This document shows positions 26,713-40,755 of a stretch of 64,000 nucleotides of DNA, piece after piece (position 1 is the first letter of the stretch; every line of letters begins with the position of its first letter). The DNA lies in NCBI GenBank assembly GCA_951406725.2, contig OX597815.1:40920001-40984000 (forward strand), in the 5' to 3' direction. The position numbers and the translations under genes were made by a program. The notes beneath the pieces were generated by a model that was given only the letters and a program-made list of their open reading frames with translations, was not told the DNA's origin and searched no databases. Origin of the DNA: Octopus vulgaris (Eukaryota).

Positions 26713-27844
26713 TAATAGTTAAATAAATAAGCAAATAGAGTTAAACAATATTTATTTAAGAAATAAATAATATAATAATTTTTCTTTTAGAAAAAAACTC
26801 CATTAACTAAATTAGAAACTTAAAACATTAGGATTATTTCCTACAACACATTTATTATGTCAAATATAGAATTTTTAAGGTAAAAAAATAAATAGAAATA
26901 TGTATCTATCTTTGAAGATATAATTTGGCTTAAATAAAAACAATAAACTCTCGAATATCTTTAACTCAGTTATACTCCAAATTACCAAATTATTTAACAA
27001 AATAATCACTATTAATATTTTTAGATTTAAGTTCACATCTAATAATTATAAAATAATAAATACATAAAAATAAGTATCTAAATTATAATCAACAAATATA
27101 GTAATTAAAAATCTAAAATTTTCTCTGTCAATAAATATATAGACATATAACCAAAAATAAATAAATTAGTCCATTATTACTTACATAAATATTATAAATA
27201 TTTATAGAATATACTTATGAAATACAATTTAAAAATTAAAAATCAAATTAAAAGCGTATAACCTATCTTAAAAAACGTATGACTATTTTATGATCTATAT
27301 ATCACAGTGACTAATATCTTAAAATTTACGTACAGTTATAATAATTATATACTAATAATTAAATAAATATACATATCTAAATTATCATTAACAACTAAAA
27401 TAATTATAGATTCAGATTTAACAATCAATAGTTATATAGAATACAATAAAATTTCTTAAATAAAAAAGTTTACTTAACTCTTGAAAACCGTGTCATTAAC
27501 CAAAATTTCAAAAAAAAAAAAAAAATATATATATATTTATACACCCACATTAACAAAAGTATCTAATATGATCTATAGTGGTACGCTCTGAAAGAGTATG
27601 AAGATCTAGTGGTAATCTGGGTGGAGTGGTGGTTGGGTGGATCAGTTGAGGTACTGAAAGATCGGGAATACGGTATGAGAGATGGAAGTCACAGACAGGA
27701 TGAAGTTCATTGAGGCAGGATCAAACTGGGGTGACCACGTGAGTGTACATAATATGTATTTCAAATTTACAGGATACAAAAGATGAAGACAGGTGAGGGA
27801 ACCACAATCAGGTGTATTTGTTTGATGCTGGGAAGAAGGGAAAA

Positions 27845-27882
27845 GTCTTTGATATTTCAAGCCTACACTCTTTGTCAGAAAG
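27845..27882 (-). ncRNA. Degenerate minimal hammerhead-like motif in a Penelope pseudo-LTR relic
   Basis: CUUU-CUGACAA-AGAGU-GUAG-GCUU-GAAAU-AUC-AAAG; homologous to 57226-57263. Confidence 0.5.
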
Positions 27883-28200
27883 AGCTGAGAGGAAATAAAT
27901 GAGGTGAGAATGGAAAAAAAAATTGAGTGAGAAAAAGAATATGTAGGGATTAAAGGTTCAACATGATGAAATGACATATACATACATACACTCACTTTCA
28001 TTTCAAGAATTACATCATTACACTATGAAATTTGTACTGATGAGATATAGATATATAGGTATTTCTAGCATTTTTAGCAACAGCTGTATGCATACAAATG
28101 CTCTCACATGCATTTCTCTTCGTGTTTTTGTTATTTAGTCTCAGGTTAACATTGGTTCTGTAGACCAATAAGGAATGACATCCATATATGATCATCCTAT

Positions 28201-28238
<38 letters not shown>

Positions 28239-29149
28239 AAAGCACAATGTATATCAGATGACATTATTGAGATGAAATTCTTTTATTTTTGTTTTTACTT
28301 GTAGCCGTCGTTGGCTAGTGACCATGCTGGGGCAAGGCTTAAAAAGTTTTAGTTGATCAAATCGTTCCCTATACTTCAAAAATATATTTTGAAACATAGT
28401 TACAGAAGTGTGACCTCTAAATTTGTTTCCTAATAACTTTCTGAAAAACAGATATTTTTAAATGAAATTTTCTACAAATTCACTTCAGATGGTGCAGACT
28501 ATGATTATATCAGAATTTTGTGTGAGAATAATTTTCAGATGGGGTGGAAGGGGAGTTTTGGAAAATTGGTCATTATAAAACTTAAGACCTATTAACGGAC
28601 CCCCCCCCCCAGCCTATTAGGTTTAAAAAAAGTGTGTAGAGAGCGAACATGACAAAAAAATTGCGTACCAGGGGCTGGGGGTTGGGTGGGTAGAGGACTT
28701 TCGGAAAATATGCGGAAACGGATTAAACAAGCCGTTCATTTTCACTTTTAGACAGCTGGATGAGGTGTGGAGTTTTTCATTAAAAAAATTTGAAATTAAA
28801 TTCCCCCACCCCATATTCTTAATCTCCGTAGTTTATCTATGTAGATTGAAAAGGAAATTTCCAACAACGTTAAAAATTAAAAATTTGGTGGTGAGGGGGG
28901 GGATTAAAAATTTTGAAAATGTGGTTTTTTGCATGTTCGGAATCTCCGTCATCGGAAACATAGGAATCAGGTGACAAAAAAAAAAAAAAATCGGAAAGGT
29001 CAGTTTAGTGGGGTGGAGTGGGGTGGAGTGGGGTGACTGTCCATCCATTTTATAATGCTTCTTTTCTGTAAACTCGCCGAGTATCCGCAATTGATGGCTC
29101 GCGGACCGGTACCGGTCCGCGGACTACCACTTTGAGTAGCACTGCCTTA

Positions 29150-29350
29150 ACGAACGGAGGGGTGAGACCGACGTGATCGCACAATACACAAGTTCTGCAG
29201 GGCCGGGCATGTCGCAAGGTGGATCCGTGCAGTTGCCGAATGGTATCCAAGTGATCGGAAACGGCCACTTGGAACACTTCTCCAACGATGTGAAGATGAT
29301 TTAGCAAAACTATTTGGGTAAAAGTGGAAGAGTCCATTGTTAAGTATAAC
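29150..29350 (+). mobile_element. RTE-clade LINE C-terminal fragment (different family)
   Basis: Plus-strand frame reads RAGHVARWIRAVAEWYPSDRKRPLG...RCEDDLAKLFG*KWK. Confidence 0.75.
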
Positions 29351-29866
29351 AACACCCGATAGTCTGGTCGATACATGATAATGCCAAAAGAATCTATATG
29401 AACCGGTTACATTATGCAAACAATATTACAAAGGAAAATAAGAATCACAAGAGAAAATTCTTACAAATTTTAGGCGAAAGAAAGCAACAACTGTAATTTT
29501 CACAAACTGCACAAAACTATGAGGTATATAGAAACAGTAGTAGACTTGTCCGAGAGTATGCTGAAGTTTCGGAGTACCGGCTGCTTACACAAGCTTTTGA
29601 GTGAATGAAACAGGAAACTTCTTACCTGTTTATATACATACGTAAACACTATTTTTGGGATAGTGGGAAAGTTCACTTCTCTATAAATAACTTCGAGAGA
29701 GAAGGCGTGTGAGAGAGAGATAGAGAGAGAGAAATGCGTTACGCTATTATTCTCTCTCTCTCTCTCAGTCAAGTACGCACTCGAAATAGATATGAGGAAA
29801 CATTTTTTTAAAATCAATGCACAACTTTCTCTCTCACACGCACACATACATACAAACTTACACACA

Positions 29867-29955
<89 letters not shown>

Positions 29956-30055
29956 GTATTATTGTATTATTGTATCGTCTTCTAAGAGTTATACGTTCTT
30001 GTCCATGTTGTATTTTTCTACATACCTTAACTTAATATATATATATATATATGTA

Positions 30056-30435
30056 GGAGTGGCTGTGTGGTAAGTAGCTTACTTACGAACCGGGTTCAGT
30101 CACACTGCGTGGAACCTTGGGCAAGTGTCTTCTACTATAGGGGCCGACCAAAGCCTTGTGAGTGGATTTGGTAGACGGAAACTGAAAGAAGCCTGTTGTA
30201 TATATGTATGTGTGTGTGTCTGTGTTTGCCCCCCCCCCCACCAACGTCGCTTGACAACCGATGCTGGTGTGTTTACGTCCCCGTAACTTAGTGGTTCGGC
30301 AAAGGAGACCGATAGAATAAGTACTAGGCTTACAAAAATAAGTCCTGGGGTCGATTTGCTTGACTAAAGGCGGTGATCCAGCATGGCCACAGTCAAATGA
30401 CTGAAACAAGTAAAAGAGTCAAGAGAGTAAAAGTA
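30056..30435 (+). mobile_element. tRNA-derived SINE, near full length
   Basis: A box tggctgtgtggt, B-box-like gggttcagtcac, internal (TG)n, tail ggcggtg.tccagcatggcc.cagtcaaatgactgaaacaagtaaaagag; absent at the paralogous site near 2060. Confidence 0.9.
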
Positions 30436-30699
30436 AACCCTCAGGCCTTCAAGCAGGCTATCCACATGCTAGAAATAACAGCCAAATCTCACAAAACTGC
30501 GACAACATAATATAATCAATCTACACACCTTCTTGCAAAGATTTCGGAAAGGTTTTCTCCTGTCCTCACCATTTCCTCCCAATTTCTTTTGCTCAAAACC
30601 CCCGTTTTCGGATACGGATATTCCGGAAAATTACCAAAAATTGGCGTATTGTTAATTTCGTCCCCCACCATTCCCTCCAATTTCTTCATTTTTGATTTT

Positions 30700-31972
30700 T
30701 TTCCCTAACCCTAACCCTAACTACAAAAATTTTTCGAAATATTCTTCAAAATCATAATCTCCGTATTTTTCCGCATATTTTGAAAAAAAAAAAAAATTCT
30801 GAAAAAAGTAGCCGTACACAGCGAGGGGACGGAGAAGTGTAATTTTTAGAAAGACTTCCGCCCATTCCCCTACCCCAATATTCTCCCAAATTTGTTTATT
30901 TTGTAATTTTTTTTGCCAAAAATCCCCGTTTTCGGATACGGAGGTTCTGGAAAATTCCCCAAAATCGGCATTGTGAAATTTTTTCCCCACCTTTCCCCCT
31001 CAACTTCTTCAATTTTGACTTTTTTTCCCCCCCAAACTAACCCTAAAACCCGAACCATAACACTCTTACCCCAACCGTAATCGTAACCCTAAAACCATAA
31101 CCCTAAAACCCTAATCCTAACCCTAAAAACCTAACCCTAACCCTAAAACCTTAACCTTAACCCTAACTCTAAAACCGTAACCGTAAGTACAGAAATGTTT
31201 CGAAATTTTTGTCCGAATCATGATGTCCGTATTTTCCCGCATTTTTAGTAAAAGAAAATTCTTAAAAAAAAAAATTTCCAAAGATTTCAGACTCATAATC
31301 TCCCTATTTGGATCTTTTCGGTTTGAACGGCAGCTTTTAACATAATTTCTAGGTAACTAAAAAATTTTAAACTTCGTATACTGGTAGAATGTGTTTATAA
31401 AACATCATTTTCTCTTGGCTTTCTTGAGAAAATTCTATAGTTTGTAACATATTTCGTCTTTAATTTCTTGCATTTCGGCAATTTTAACCAATCAATTACC
31501 TCCATTGACGTAAATAACATTCTGTGCATAATGAATATTTCTATCCTTTAAGAAGGGACATATTGGGTTTATTTACATTTATGAAGAAAAAAAGATACCC
31601 TTCCCCCCATCCCTAACCCTAACCCTAACTAACCCTAAATGTAAAATAGATTGAAATGCAATAGATCGATACTCGGGTCATAATTATGGGTGACAATTTC
31701 ATATGATACCACTAGAAAAAACTGCCGTTCAAACCAAAAAGATCTTAAAACAAAACAATGTGAAAACATTGCGGGAAATTCCCATATTACTGGGGCTGGT
31801 GGGTAATTGAAATCTTGAAAATGCAATTTTTTGAAATCTTATTTGGCATAACTTCAGCGTAAGTACCGGAAGTACCGGATACATTTCAAGAAAGTTTTTT
31901 TTTTTTATATATGGGGGGTTAGGATTAGGGTTAGGATTAGGGTTAGGATTAGGGTTAGGATTAGGGTTAGGG
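30700..31972. repeat. Interstitial telomere-like arrays (CCCTAA)n, degenerate, and (TTAGGGTTAGGA)n
   Basis: Arrays at 30703-30722, 31036-31185, 31611-31638 and the opposite-strand array 31916-31972. Confidence 0.85.
31310..31745. mobile_element. GGATCTTTT-terminated MITE with internal (CCCTAA)n; 5'-truncated second copy at about 32810-33181
   Basis: 24-bp TIRs ggatcttttcggtttgaacggcag / ctgccgttcaaaccaaaaagatct; no TSD visible for this copy. Confidence 0.8.
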
Positions 31973-32025
31973 GTGGGAGAAAAGGGTTTCTGTTATCTTC
32001 AGAAATGTAAACAAAGTCACGTGTG

Positions 32026-32199
32026 GGATCTTTTCCTTTTGATGGACGGAATTTCTAGTTAACTAAACAATTTGAAACTTCGTATACTGGTAGAATGTGT
32101 CAAAAGAAAACATTATTTTCACTTGGCTTTTTTGAGAAAATTGTAATTTGTAAGTTTAACGTAGTTTAATTCTTCGAATTTTAACCAATGAAAAGATCC
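32026..32199. mobile_element. 174-bp GGATCTTTT-terminated MITE
   Basis: TIRs GGATCTTTT/AAAAGATCC; perfect 8-bp TSD CACGTGTG at 32018-32025 and 32200-32207. Confidence 0.9.
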
Positions 32200-35015
32200 C
32201 ACGTGTGTACCTATACCGAAGGATCACCACTTATTTTTCAGAATTGGATTCTCCTTAACCAAAAACGTGGGATTCCATTAAAAAAAATCAGTATATATAT
32301 ATATATATATATACATTTTACCGGAAGTTATGACGTAAAAATCGGATCTTATGAATTTTTCGAATGTCTCCCTCCCCACCCACTCCCAGGGTCGTCAGTT
32401 CGCATTTTTTTCATATTCGTTTTCCACATAGTTGCTTACGCCCATGAGACTGGTTAATTTTTTTCTCTTTTGTTCCCGGGTGAGGGATTGACTGATTTTT
32501 CTGGCTAATATATGTACAGTATATCACGGGTTTCTGATTTTAATTATTTCTGTAGTAAAATAAGCATTTTCACTCTTAAAAATTAATAAAATAAAAAATA
32601 AAAATACAGTACAGTACTGCATTGTATGACACATTAATTAAAGTATATTAAAAGAAAATACGTAGTGTACCGTAGATGCGTAAACAAAGAATCGCACATA
32701 CTGTATGGAAAATGAAACTCAGGAGGCGAGTGTGTGGTGTTGTTTTGCATTCATAATAAAATAAATATATACAAATTATAATAATAATAAATATACAGTG
32801 CAATAATGGGTAACTAAAAAATTTTAAGCTTCGTATACTGGTAGAATGTGTTTATAAAACATCATTTTCTCTTGGCTTTATTGAGAAAATTCTATGGTTT
32901 GTAAGATATTTGTTGTTTTTTTCTTCAATTTCTGCAATTTCAACCAATCACTGATGTCTATTGAGGTAAAAAACATTCTGTGCCGTATGAATATGTCCCT
33001 CGTTTAAGAAACAGATTGGGTTTATTTACATTTGTGAAGAAAAAAAGATACCCTTCCCCCATCCCTAACCCTAACCCTAAAACAGATTGAAATGCAATAG
33101 ATCGATACTAGGGTCATAATTATGGGTGACAATTTCATATGGCACCGCTAGAAAAAACTGCCGTTCAAACCGAAAAGATCCCAATACTGTTGCTACTTCA
33201 CGGATTGTCTCCTATCGCAGTGGATTTTGCAACGTAACACTCGCTATATTTGAGGAATTATTCTACTTCCGAGGTGGCGGAATTGTTACAGCATCAGAAA
33301 AAAAAAACAAAAAAAAATCTTTGCAAGTATGCTTTCCAACTCATTATGTTCTGAGTTCAAATCCCATTGCAGTTAACTTTGCTTTTCAGCTTTCCAGGAT
33401 GAATAAAATAAATTACCTGTCAAGTACTGATGGCGATGTAATCAACTAGTCCCCAGCCCTCAAAATTGCTGACATTCAGTTTAAAACAAAAAACATAATT
33501 TTTTGCATTGTCAGCTCTAATGGAGTTCACAGGTAGTCAGTGAAACGACTACACCTTAGTCACAGATATGTTTTTGAGCTGTTCCCAATTAGAGGACAAG
33601 GTGGAAGAAATAGTAATAAGAAGACCGAAAAAGAGTTTAGGTCCTCAGCTTTTACTAACTGGTCTGTGGTAATGACTCTACAACTGAAACTTGTACTAAC
33701 AATTCGAGATGAATTGCCTAAAACAATGGTTCTCAACTAGTTTTTGTCTATGGATCATTTTGATTCTTATCTTATTCTATGGACCCTTGTTGCCATTCGG
33801 TGTTTAAAAAGATCCTATTGTATTTTTATAATTAAATATTGGGAATCGTATAAAAAAACCATGGGGGATTCAGGGCACTTCAAATTTGGTGGGCCTCTCA
33901 TCTTGGCAAACTAGTCAATTATAACCTGAAAAGCCATGTATTGCATGTAATGAATTTGATGTGTTAGCAGAGAAAGGTTAAAATAAACAAAAAAAAAAAC
34001 AAGTGAAAATATCGCTTTATAGATACACTTTTCAAAATTCAAATTTTTTCTCTCACACATCCATTAGCAGCGTTTGGCTTTTCATTCACTGTGAAAAAAG
34101 TACAATGAAGGAGGGAAGACAAGATAAGATATTTTTCTCTAATGCAAGTTACGTATGTTTCAGAATGTAGAATATGATAAAATGACAGAAAATTATGAAA
34201 AAGGGGAGTATATCATTTTAGTGGCTGCTGCTGTTCCAAAGGCTCGATGAGGTGTTGGGGGAGACAAACATTTAAAACAGATGGATTAAAAAAAAAAAAT
34301 GTTTTAAAAAAGCCTCTTTTCATTGTTTTGCAATATATGAAAGAAAGGGGAAATCCAGATAAAAACTGAAAATATCAACATATATGACAACTATTCTAAA
34401 AGTCTGCTTTTCCAGTTTCTTGTAAGGAGTGGTGAGGCACAATGAATATTTACTGTATTTCTGACTTAGAGAAAGATAAAAAAAAATTCTGCTGTGGATG
34501 ACTTTGCCTTTCGTCTTTATGGAGGTCAATAAAATAAGTACCAGCTGAACACTGGGGTTGATGTAACTGACTTATTCTCATCTTGTGAAGTTGCTGGCCT
34601 TATGACTAAATTTGAAACCAATATTTTGGGAGGAAAATTTCTTCGTAAAAGGAAATTCTTTTATATTTTAGATATAAGGCTGTTGAAAACAACACCTGTA
34701 GTGTTTAATTATGTATTGTACACAGAAATATGGTACATTTTCTGCATTATGTTGTTTGTTTATGTCCCCATAACTTAGCTATTGAACAAAAGATTCTGAT
34801 AGAACAAGTATCAATTTCTACAGTATCAAGTCTAGAAGATTCCCCCCCCAAGATAGAAAAACCCAGAAGCCTTTGAAGTGAACCACTTGAGCATTATCTC
34901 CAAACTCAAATTCTCTTAGTCCTCTAACCCTTTCCAGTGCAAGCTTCCTTAAGAATTCAAATAGGACTTTACTTTTATCTGATACAACTAAAATCCTTTA
35001 TAGCATAGATAGCAA

Positions 35016-37845
35016 GCAGGGTACAAATTGTTGTCCTTAAATGCTCGCAGTTTATGCAACAAAATACATTTGTTCAACTCCTACGTCAGAAGTATTGACC
35101 CTGACTTCATCACTGTCACGGAAACATGGGCACATTCCTTACTCTGTGATGGGGTTTTCAACATTTCTGGGTACAATCTCTTCTGCAAGGACCGCATTAA
35201 CCGCCGTAGTGGTGGTGTGATGGTCTACGTTCGTTCAAATTTTTCAGTAATTCCTTGTACTGATTTGAACGAATCACAAGAAGAAGTGACGTACGTATGA
35301 CCATGTCAACACTTCTGCTTGGCGTTGTTTATCGTCCCCCAAATTACCATCAAGACACACAGCTTTGCGATATCCTCCGAGCTGCTGCCAGGAAAACAGC
35401 CACCTATGTTTTTATTGCAGGCGATTTCAATCATCCTGAGATCAATTGGGAAACCTTCCATTGGCCACAGAGCGCAAAGGATTTCGTTGAGCTTGTACTG
35501 GACTCAAACTGGTCACAAGTAGTCACCTCTCCAACAAGAGGCGACATCACCTTGGACCTGCTCTTCACCACAACTCCTGAAGTGGTTATCAATTATACTA
35601 CGGAGGAACCTCTAGGCGACTCTGATCATGCTATGATCATCGCCAATCTGGCTCTTGCGGGCAACAACAAAAACCTGAACCATTTCCAATCTGCTTCCTT
35701 CGATTGGAAGAGAGCAGATTGGAACCTGTACCACACTGAATTACAGCACCCAAACTGGCATGAATTCTACAACTCTGGAGATGTGAATACTATACTCCAG
35801 AGTATCCTGGACTCAATATGGACAGCATGTGCAGCATCAGTGCCACGTAAACAGAAAAAGAACTGCCCCAAAAGTGCAATTTGGGAAACTTCAGCGGTTC
35901 GACTTGCCAGGAAGGAATGTCGGACTGCTGAACGGGAATACAAGTTGCATAAATCAGACACCAACAGGAAAAAGCGGAATAAATCTTCCAACCATCTCAA
36001 GCAAGTGACAAAAAAAGCAGTGCTTGAATTTGAACAGTGCATAGCAGCCAATCCTGACAGCAAGGTTTTCTGGAAATATGTGCATTCGAAGCAGAGACCT
36101 CACTCTCCAGTGGGCCCTCTTCGCAACCCTCACACAAACCAGATCACTGATGATCCCAAGGAATGCACAGAACTCATTGCCGAGTGCTACGCAAACATAT
36201 TCACTGTTGAAAATTAAAATGTACCATCTTCACCATCTCTAACAGCAAATTCCATAACAACTATGGAATTTACACCTGCAATGCTGCGACGTCACCTTCA
36301 AAATAAGTGCAACTATGCCTCCCCTGGTCTTGATGGAGTTATATACCTGCTTCTCAAATGTGGCAGGTACTTCCTTTTACACCAGCTTTCTATTTTTTTC
36401 CAGTACTGTCTCAACAATGGTGCTACTCTGGAGCAGTGGAAAACTGCCAGTGTCATTCCTCTGTTCAAAAAGGGCGACCGCACATCACCTGTCAACTATC
36501 GTCCAGTCAGTCTCACTAGCTGTATTGCAAAACTGATGGAATCGTGTGTCAGAGAAACACTTTGGAACTTCTGGAGCTCTCACAGTCTCATCCGACCCTC
36601 ACAATATGGATTTGTCCCTAACTCCAGCTGCAGTGATCAGCTTGTCGAGTTCCTTGAGGACATTACTCAGATCACTGACAGTGGCTCATGGGTGGATGTT
36701 GTCTACCTTGACTTTGCTAAGGCTTTCAACTCTGTGCCACACAAAAGGCTTATGGTGAAACTCTCTGCAATGGGTGTGAGGGATGATCTTTTTAACTGGT
36801 TGAAATCCTTCATTCTCAGCCGAAAGGAGGTAGTCACAGTTCTAGGACAGCATTCTACACCATATGAGATGTCATTGGGTGTACCACAGGGATCTGTCCT
36901 TGGTCCCCTCTTGTTTGTGGCATACATTAATGACATAGATGCCAATTTAAAGAATGCCACAGTATTGAAATATGCAGACGACATCAAGCTGTACCTTGAA
37001 ATCAAGAGGACAGATCCTGTTGTCTACAGCTCTTTTCTGCAATCAGACCTGGACACAATGCAGCAATGGATCTCAGACTGGCAACTGAAACTGGCTGTGG
37101 ACAAGTGTACCACCATGCATTTTGGGAGAAAAAATGCTGCGTCCACATACTCCCTCCACAACACTGATATCAAGAAATCCTCTTGCGAGCGTGACCTAGG
37201 CATCACTGTCAGCAGTGATTTGCGTTGGACAAAGCATATCTCTAAAACTGTCAAGAAGGCCGAGGGTTTCTTGGCATCACTCAGCAAGACTTTTGTTAGC
37301 CGCTCTCCAGCCATCTATTTAAAACTGTATACAGCTATGGTACAACCACACTTGGAATTTGCATCATCAGTTTGGAACCCCTATCTTGCTCAGAACATTG
37401 ACCTCCTGGAATCTGTTCAGAGACGTGCAACCAAAGCATACCCTCCATCAGACACCTACCATACTCTGAGCGCCTTGTTTCCCTGGGCATGGATTCACTG
37501 AAGCTCTGGCGTCTGGCGATGGACTTGGTAAACACCCTCAAAGTTATCAACCACCTCACCAACAACAACACTGAACACCTTTTTGATCTCCATGTGTCTA
37601 ACACACGTGGACATGCCTACAAAGTCAGAAAACAACACAGCTCCCATGACTTTCGGAAACATTTTTTCACGCTCAGAGTTGCTGAAGCATGGAACAAACT
37701 GCCTGCGTCAGTTGTTGACTGCCATGACACTGCATCCTTTAAGGCCCTCATGCTTTCCGAAATCCGCCGAAACTAGACCTGATTATACATACACTTTAGA
37801 TGAGTTGTAGTGCACCTGGTCACTGTACACAATGTTTTTATTATT
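35016..37845 (+). mobile_element. CR1-like LINE, 5'-truncated: almost complete ORF2 (APE + RT) with one premature stop and two frameshifts
   Basis: LNARSL, VTETW, GGVMVYV, VYRPP, GDFNHP, LDLLFT, SDH; NYRPVSLTS, YLDFAKAF, GVPQGSVLGPLLF, YADDIKL; 7-bp TSD ATAGCAA (35009-35015, 37846-37852); empty paralogous site near 9934. Confidence 0.95.
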
Positions 37846-38289
37846 ATAGCAAAACATGATAGACATTTTGGAATAGAATTAAACAGAGCCATAAGAGGTT
37901 TCCCTGCTCAAACACATGATAACATTAATAATGAGGTCAGCTACATAGCATTTTAGATATACTACCCAGAGTAGCTAAGAGAAATGCTGCTGTAACTATT
38001 TAAGATCATTTCCAACTTCCAACTTCCTATTTCACATCCATCAACCACTTGGTATGTAGAAAAAGGTGTTGGTAGAAGTTCCTTACTGTGTTCTCAGTGC
38101 AATCTATGAACACATAAGAGGTGCATTAGTCTCACAGGAAGGTTAACAGAAAAAGTGTGTGGCAGATGTGCATATACATCTAATACCTATTTTCCTATCT
38201 TTGATCTCATTGTTTATATAGACATTCATATACAAAAGATGTCTAAACTTTTAGTTCTGGCTCTACTTTAGAAAATTATTAAATAGCAC

Positions 38290-39120
38290 TCCTAATTTTT
38301 CTCTTTCTCTAAAAAATCTTGGGTTTGGTTGAAAAAGGATGATTAGAAAAAGAAACAGGGAGCTTTATTAAAGATGCTCAAATCAAACACTGCAAATAAA
38401 CAAATTTTGAAAATATGTGTTTGAGGAGAAGGTGTCAGTAGAGTGTATGGACTTTGGAATGAAATAATGACATGCACTATTGCAGAATGCCCCAAGTTGA
38501 CCCTGAGAGAATATAAGAAATAGAGACATGATCAAGTTGTAAGCATTTTACACTGGAAGCTTTATCAAAATTTGGGGTTTGAAGCAGGAAGTACATGATA
38601 CAATCATCATGTAGAAAGAGTACATGAGGTGGAAACATGCACAATTTTGTAGAATTTTCTAATTCAAACAGACAAAAAAATGGAACATAATGATCCACAT
38701 ACAAAGTAACACACAAGGAAAATTGTATTTGTTTACTGATTAATCTGTCATGTCTATTCGATACCAGGAATTTGATGAAAGCAGATGAAAAGTCGAAGAA
38801 GTATAACTCCTTAAAACTTGAGATTGTAAAGATTTGGAACCTGATATCTGTCAAAATTGTACCTGTGATAATTGGTACATTAGGGACTGTAAAGGATGAA
38901 ATAAACAAATGGGGAAAGGAGATTGGGGTGGAATGTCCTGTAGAGCTTCTACAGAAGGTTTGTCTCAAAGGAACAGGAAAGGTCATTGGAAAGGTTCTGA
39001 GCATTTAATGGCTTATTTAAGTCATGGAGATCTTAGGTTAGAGGGAGAAACTCACTATCCATATAAATTCTACCAGGAATAAGACAAATCCTGAGTCAAG
39101 GTAATAATAATAATAATAAT
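38290..39120 (+). mobile_element. Degenerate R4/Dong-like 3' fragment with (TAA)n tail
   Basis: ECPKL..EYKK*RHDQV..LHWKL, EKSKKYNSLKLEIVKIWNL...VPVIIGTLG...LQKVCLKGT; ends in taataataataat. Confidence 0.8.
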
Positions 39121-39136
39121 GATATAGTAGACAGGG

Positions 39137-39170
<34 letters not shown>

Positions 39171-39189
39171 AGAAGGTGGACAAAACGAA

Positions 39190-39420
39190 GGCGGTGAGCT
39201 GGCAGAATCGTTAGCATGCCAGGCGAAATGTTTAGCGGTATTTCGTCCGTCTTTACGTTCTCAGTTCAAATTCCGCCGAGGTCGACTTTGCCTTTCGTCC
39301 TCTTGGGGTCGATTAACTAAGTACCAGTTACGTACTGGGGTCGATGTAATCGACTTAATCCGTTTGTCTGTCCTTGTTTGTCCCCTCTATGTGTAGCCCC
39401 TTGTGGGCAGTAAAGAAATA
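39190..39420 (+). mobile_element. tRNA-derived SINE with Meta/Nin-like central domain
   Basis: tggcagaatcgttag A box, agttcaaattc B box, gtcgactttgcctttcgtcctcttggggtcgat...aagtacc core; about 20-bp TSD agaaggtggRcaaaaMgaag. Confidence 0.88.
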
Positions 39421-40265
39421 AGAAGGTGGGCAAAAAGAAGAGAGGGAGATGACATGCAATTCGATAGATTGTAATGGTCTGGAGCAGACATATGGTGGTA
39501 GAGGAGAGATAATTTGTTGGCTCAGGAGGATGATCAGTGTAAAATATGGGTGGAGAACACAGTATTAAGAATGGAAAATGAATGTCAGTGAAATGGTTTT
39601 GGGTGCTGAGAAGGGTGGGGGGGTAAGTGGTATCATGGCAAAGCTGAAACACGCAGTTCTGCTTACATTTAATTAAAATCAAAATACATGGGACCAAGAG
39701 GTATTGCAATCTCAGAGTCGCATTTGGTACATGACCTGACAATCCACATGAATAAATTGCATCATATTAAGATAGCAACAATGTGCAAATGACTGGCTTG
39801 TTGAATTCTGAGATCAATCAGAATGAAAAACAGAAGGAAACCATACTGAACTGTGAACACAATTGTTCTCAAACACCTGGAAACTAATACTCCCAGTAAT
39901 TTTGTTAAGGTTATGTGTTAAGTGCATAATATGAAAACTATCAACCAAAAACAGTACTGGGTGGGGAAATGGGTTTGAAAAAAATTCATAAATTTTCGAA
40001 TTTTTTTTTTTTTCACTGTGAATGAAAGCTTGCTTTTTTTTTTAAAGTACATAGTGGAAAAATTCTTTGGACAAAATCAGTCAGGAAGTGGGTAGCGGTT
40101 CATAAATTTTCAATAATTTGATTTCATAAAAAGCTTCCTTCCATCATTTCCAAGGGTGTGATGAAAAACAAATTTGAAAAATCCCCATCAAAACAAAGAA
40201 AATCCAACTTATGTGGGTGTGCTATTCCAAAAATTCACCAGGGAATTCTCTTGTGATAGATACCT

Positions 40266-40558
40266 GTTGTTTGTTTGTTCCTTCTCGAGCCATGCCTGGC
40301 TCATAAGGGCCGGTTTCCTGGTTTCCGTGGTGTATAGGTTCCCCACCTGACTGGACGGGACGTCGGTCCGTCGCAGGTGAGCTACAAGATGCAGGAGGAA
40401 AGAGTGAGAGAAAGTTGTGGCGAAGGAGTCAGCAGAAGTTCACCGTTACCTTCTACTGGAGCTGCATGGACCATAGGTGTTTCGCTCATAAGCACACACA
40501 TCGCCCGGTCTGAGATTCGAAACTGTGAGTCCGCTGCTCTAACCATTAGGCCATGTGT
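40266..40558 (-). mobile_element. tRNA-derived SINE (third family) with (CAAA)n tail
   Basis: Minus strand begins tggcctaatggttagagcagcggactc...gtttcgaatc and ends ccggcccttatgagcc...gaacaaacaaacaa. Confidence 0.8.
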
Positions 40559-40574
40559 TTCTTACCACACAGCC

Positions 40575-40714
40575 AACCTTGGCTGTGTGGTAAGAAGCTT
40601 GCTTCCCAACCATATGGTTCCGGGTTCAGACCCACTTCGTAGCACCGTGGGTGTCTTCTACTATAGCTTTGGGCCTACCAAAGCCTTATGAGTGGATTTG
40701 GTCGATGGAAACTG

Positions 40715-40755
<41 letters not shown>

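Noticed and set aside
29101-29145. Perfect 20-bp GC palindrome gcggaccggtaccggtccgc
   Set aside because: Subterminal palindrome of a hAT MITE end (terminates gagtagcactg); ordinary.
30056-30130. tRNA gene (also 39190 and 40480-40558)
   Set aside because: A/B boxes are SINE heads followed by SINE bodies and tails; no complete cloverleaf.
32320-32340. ETS + CRE composite ccggaagttatgacgtaa as the IAP-1 promoter
   Set aside because: Embedded in nested repeat DNA that also repeats ccggaagt at 31866; no exon evidence.
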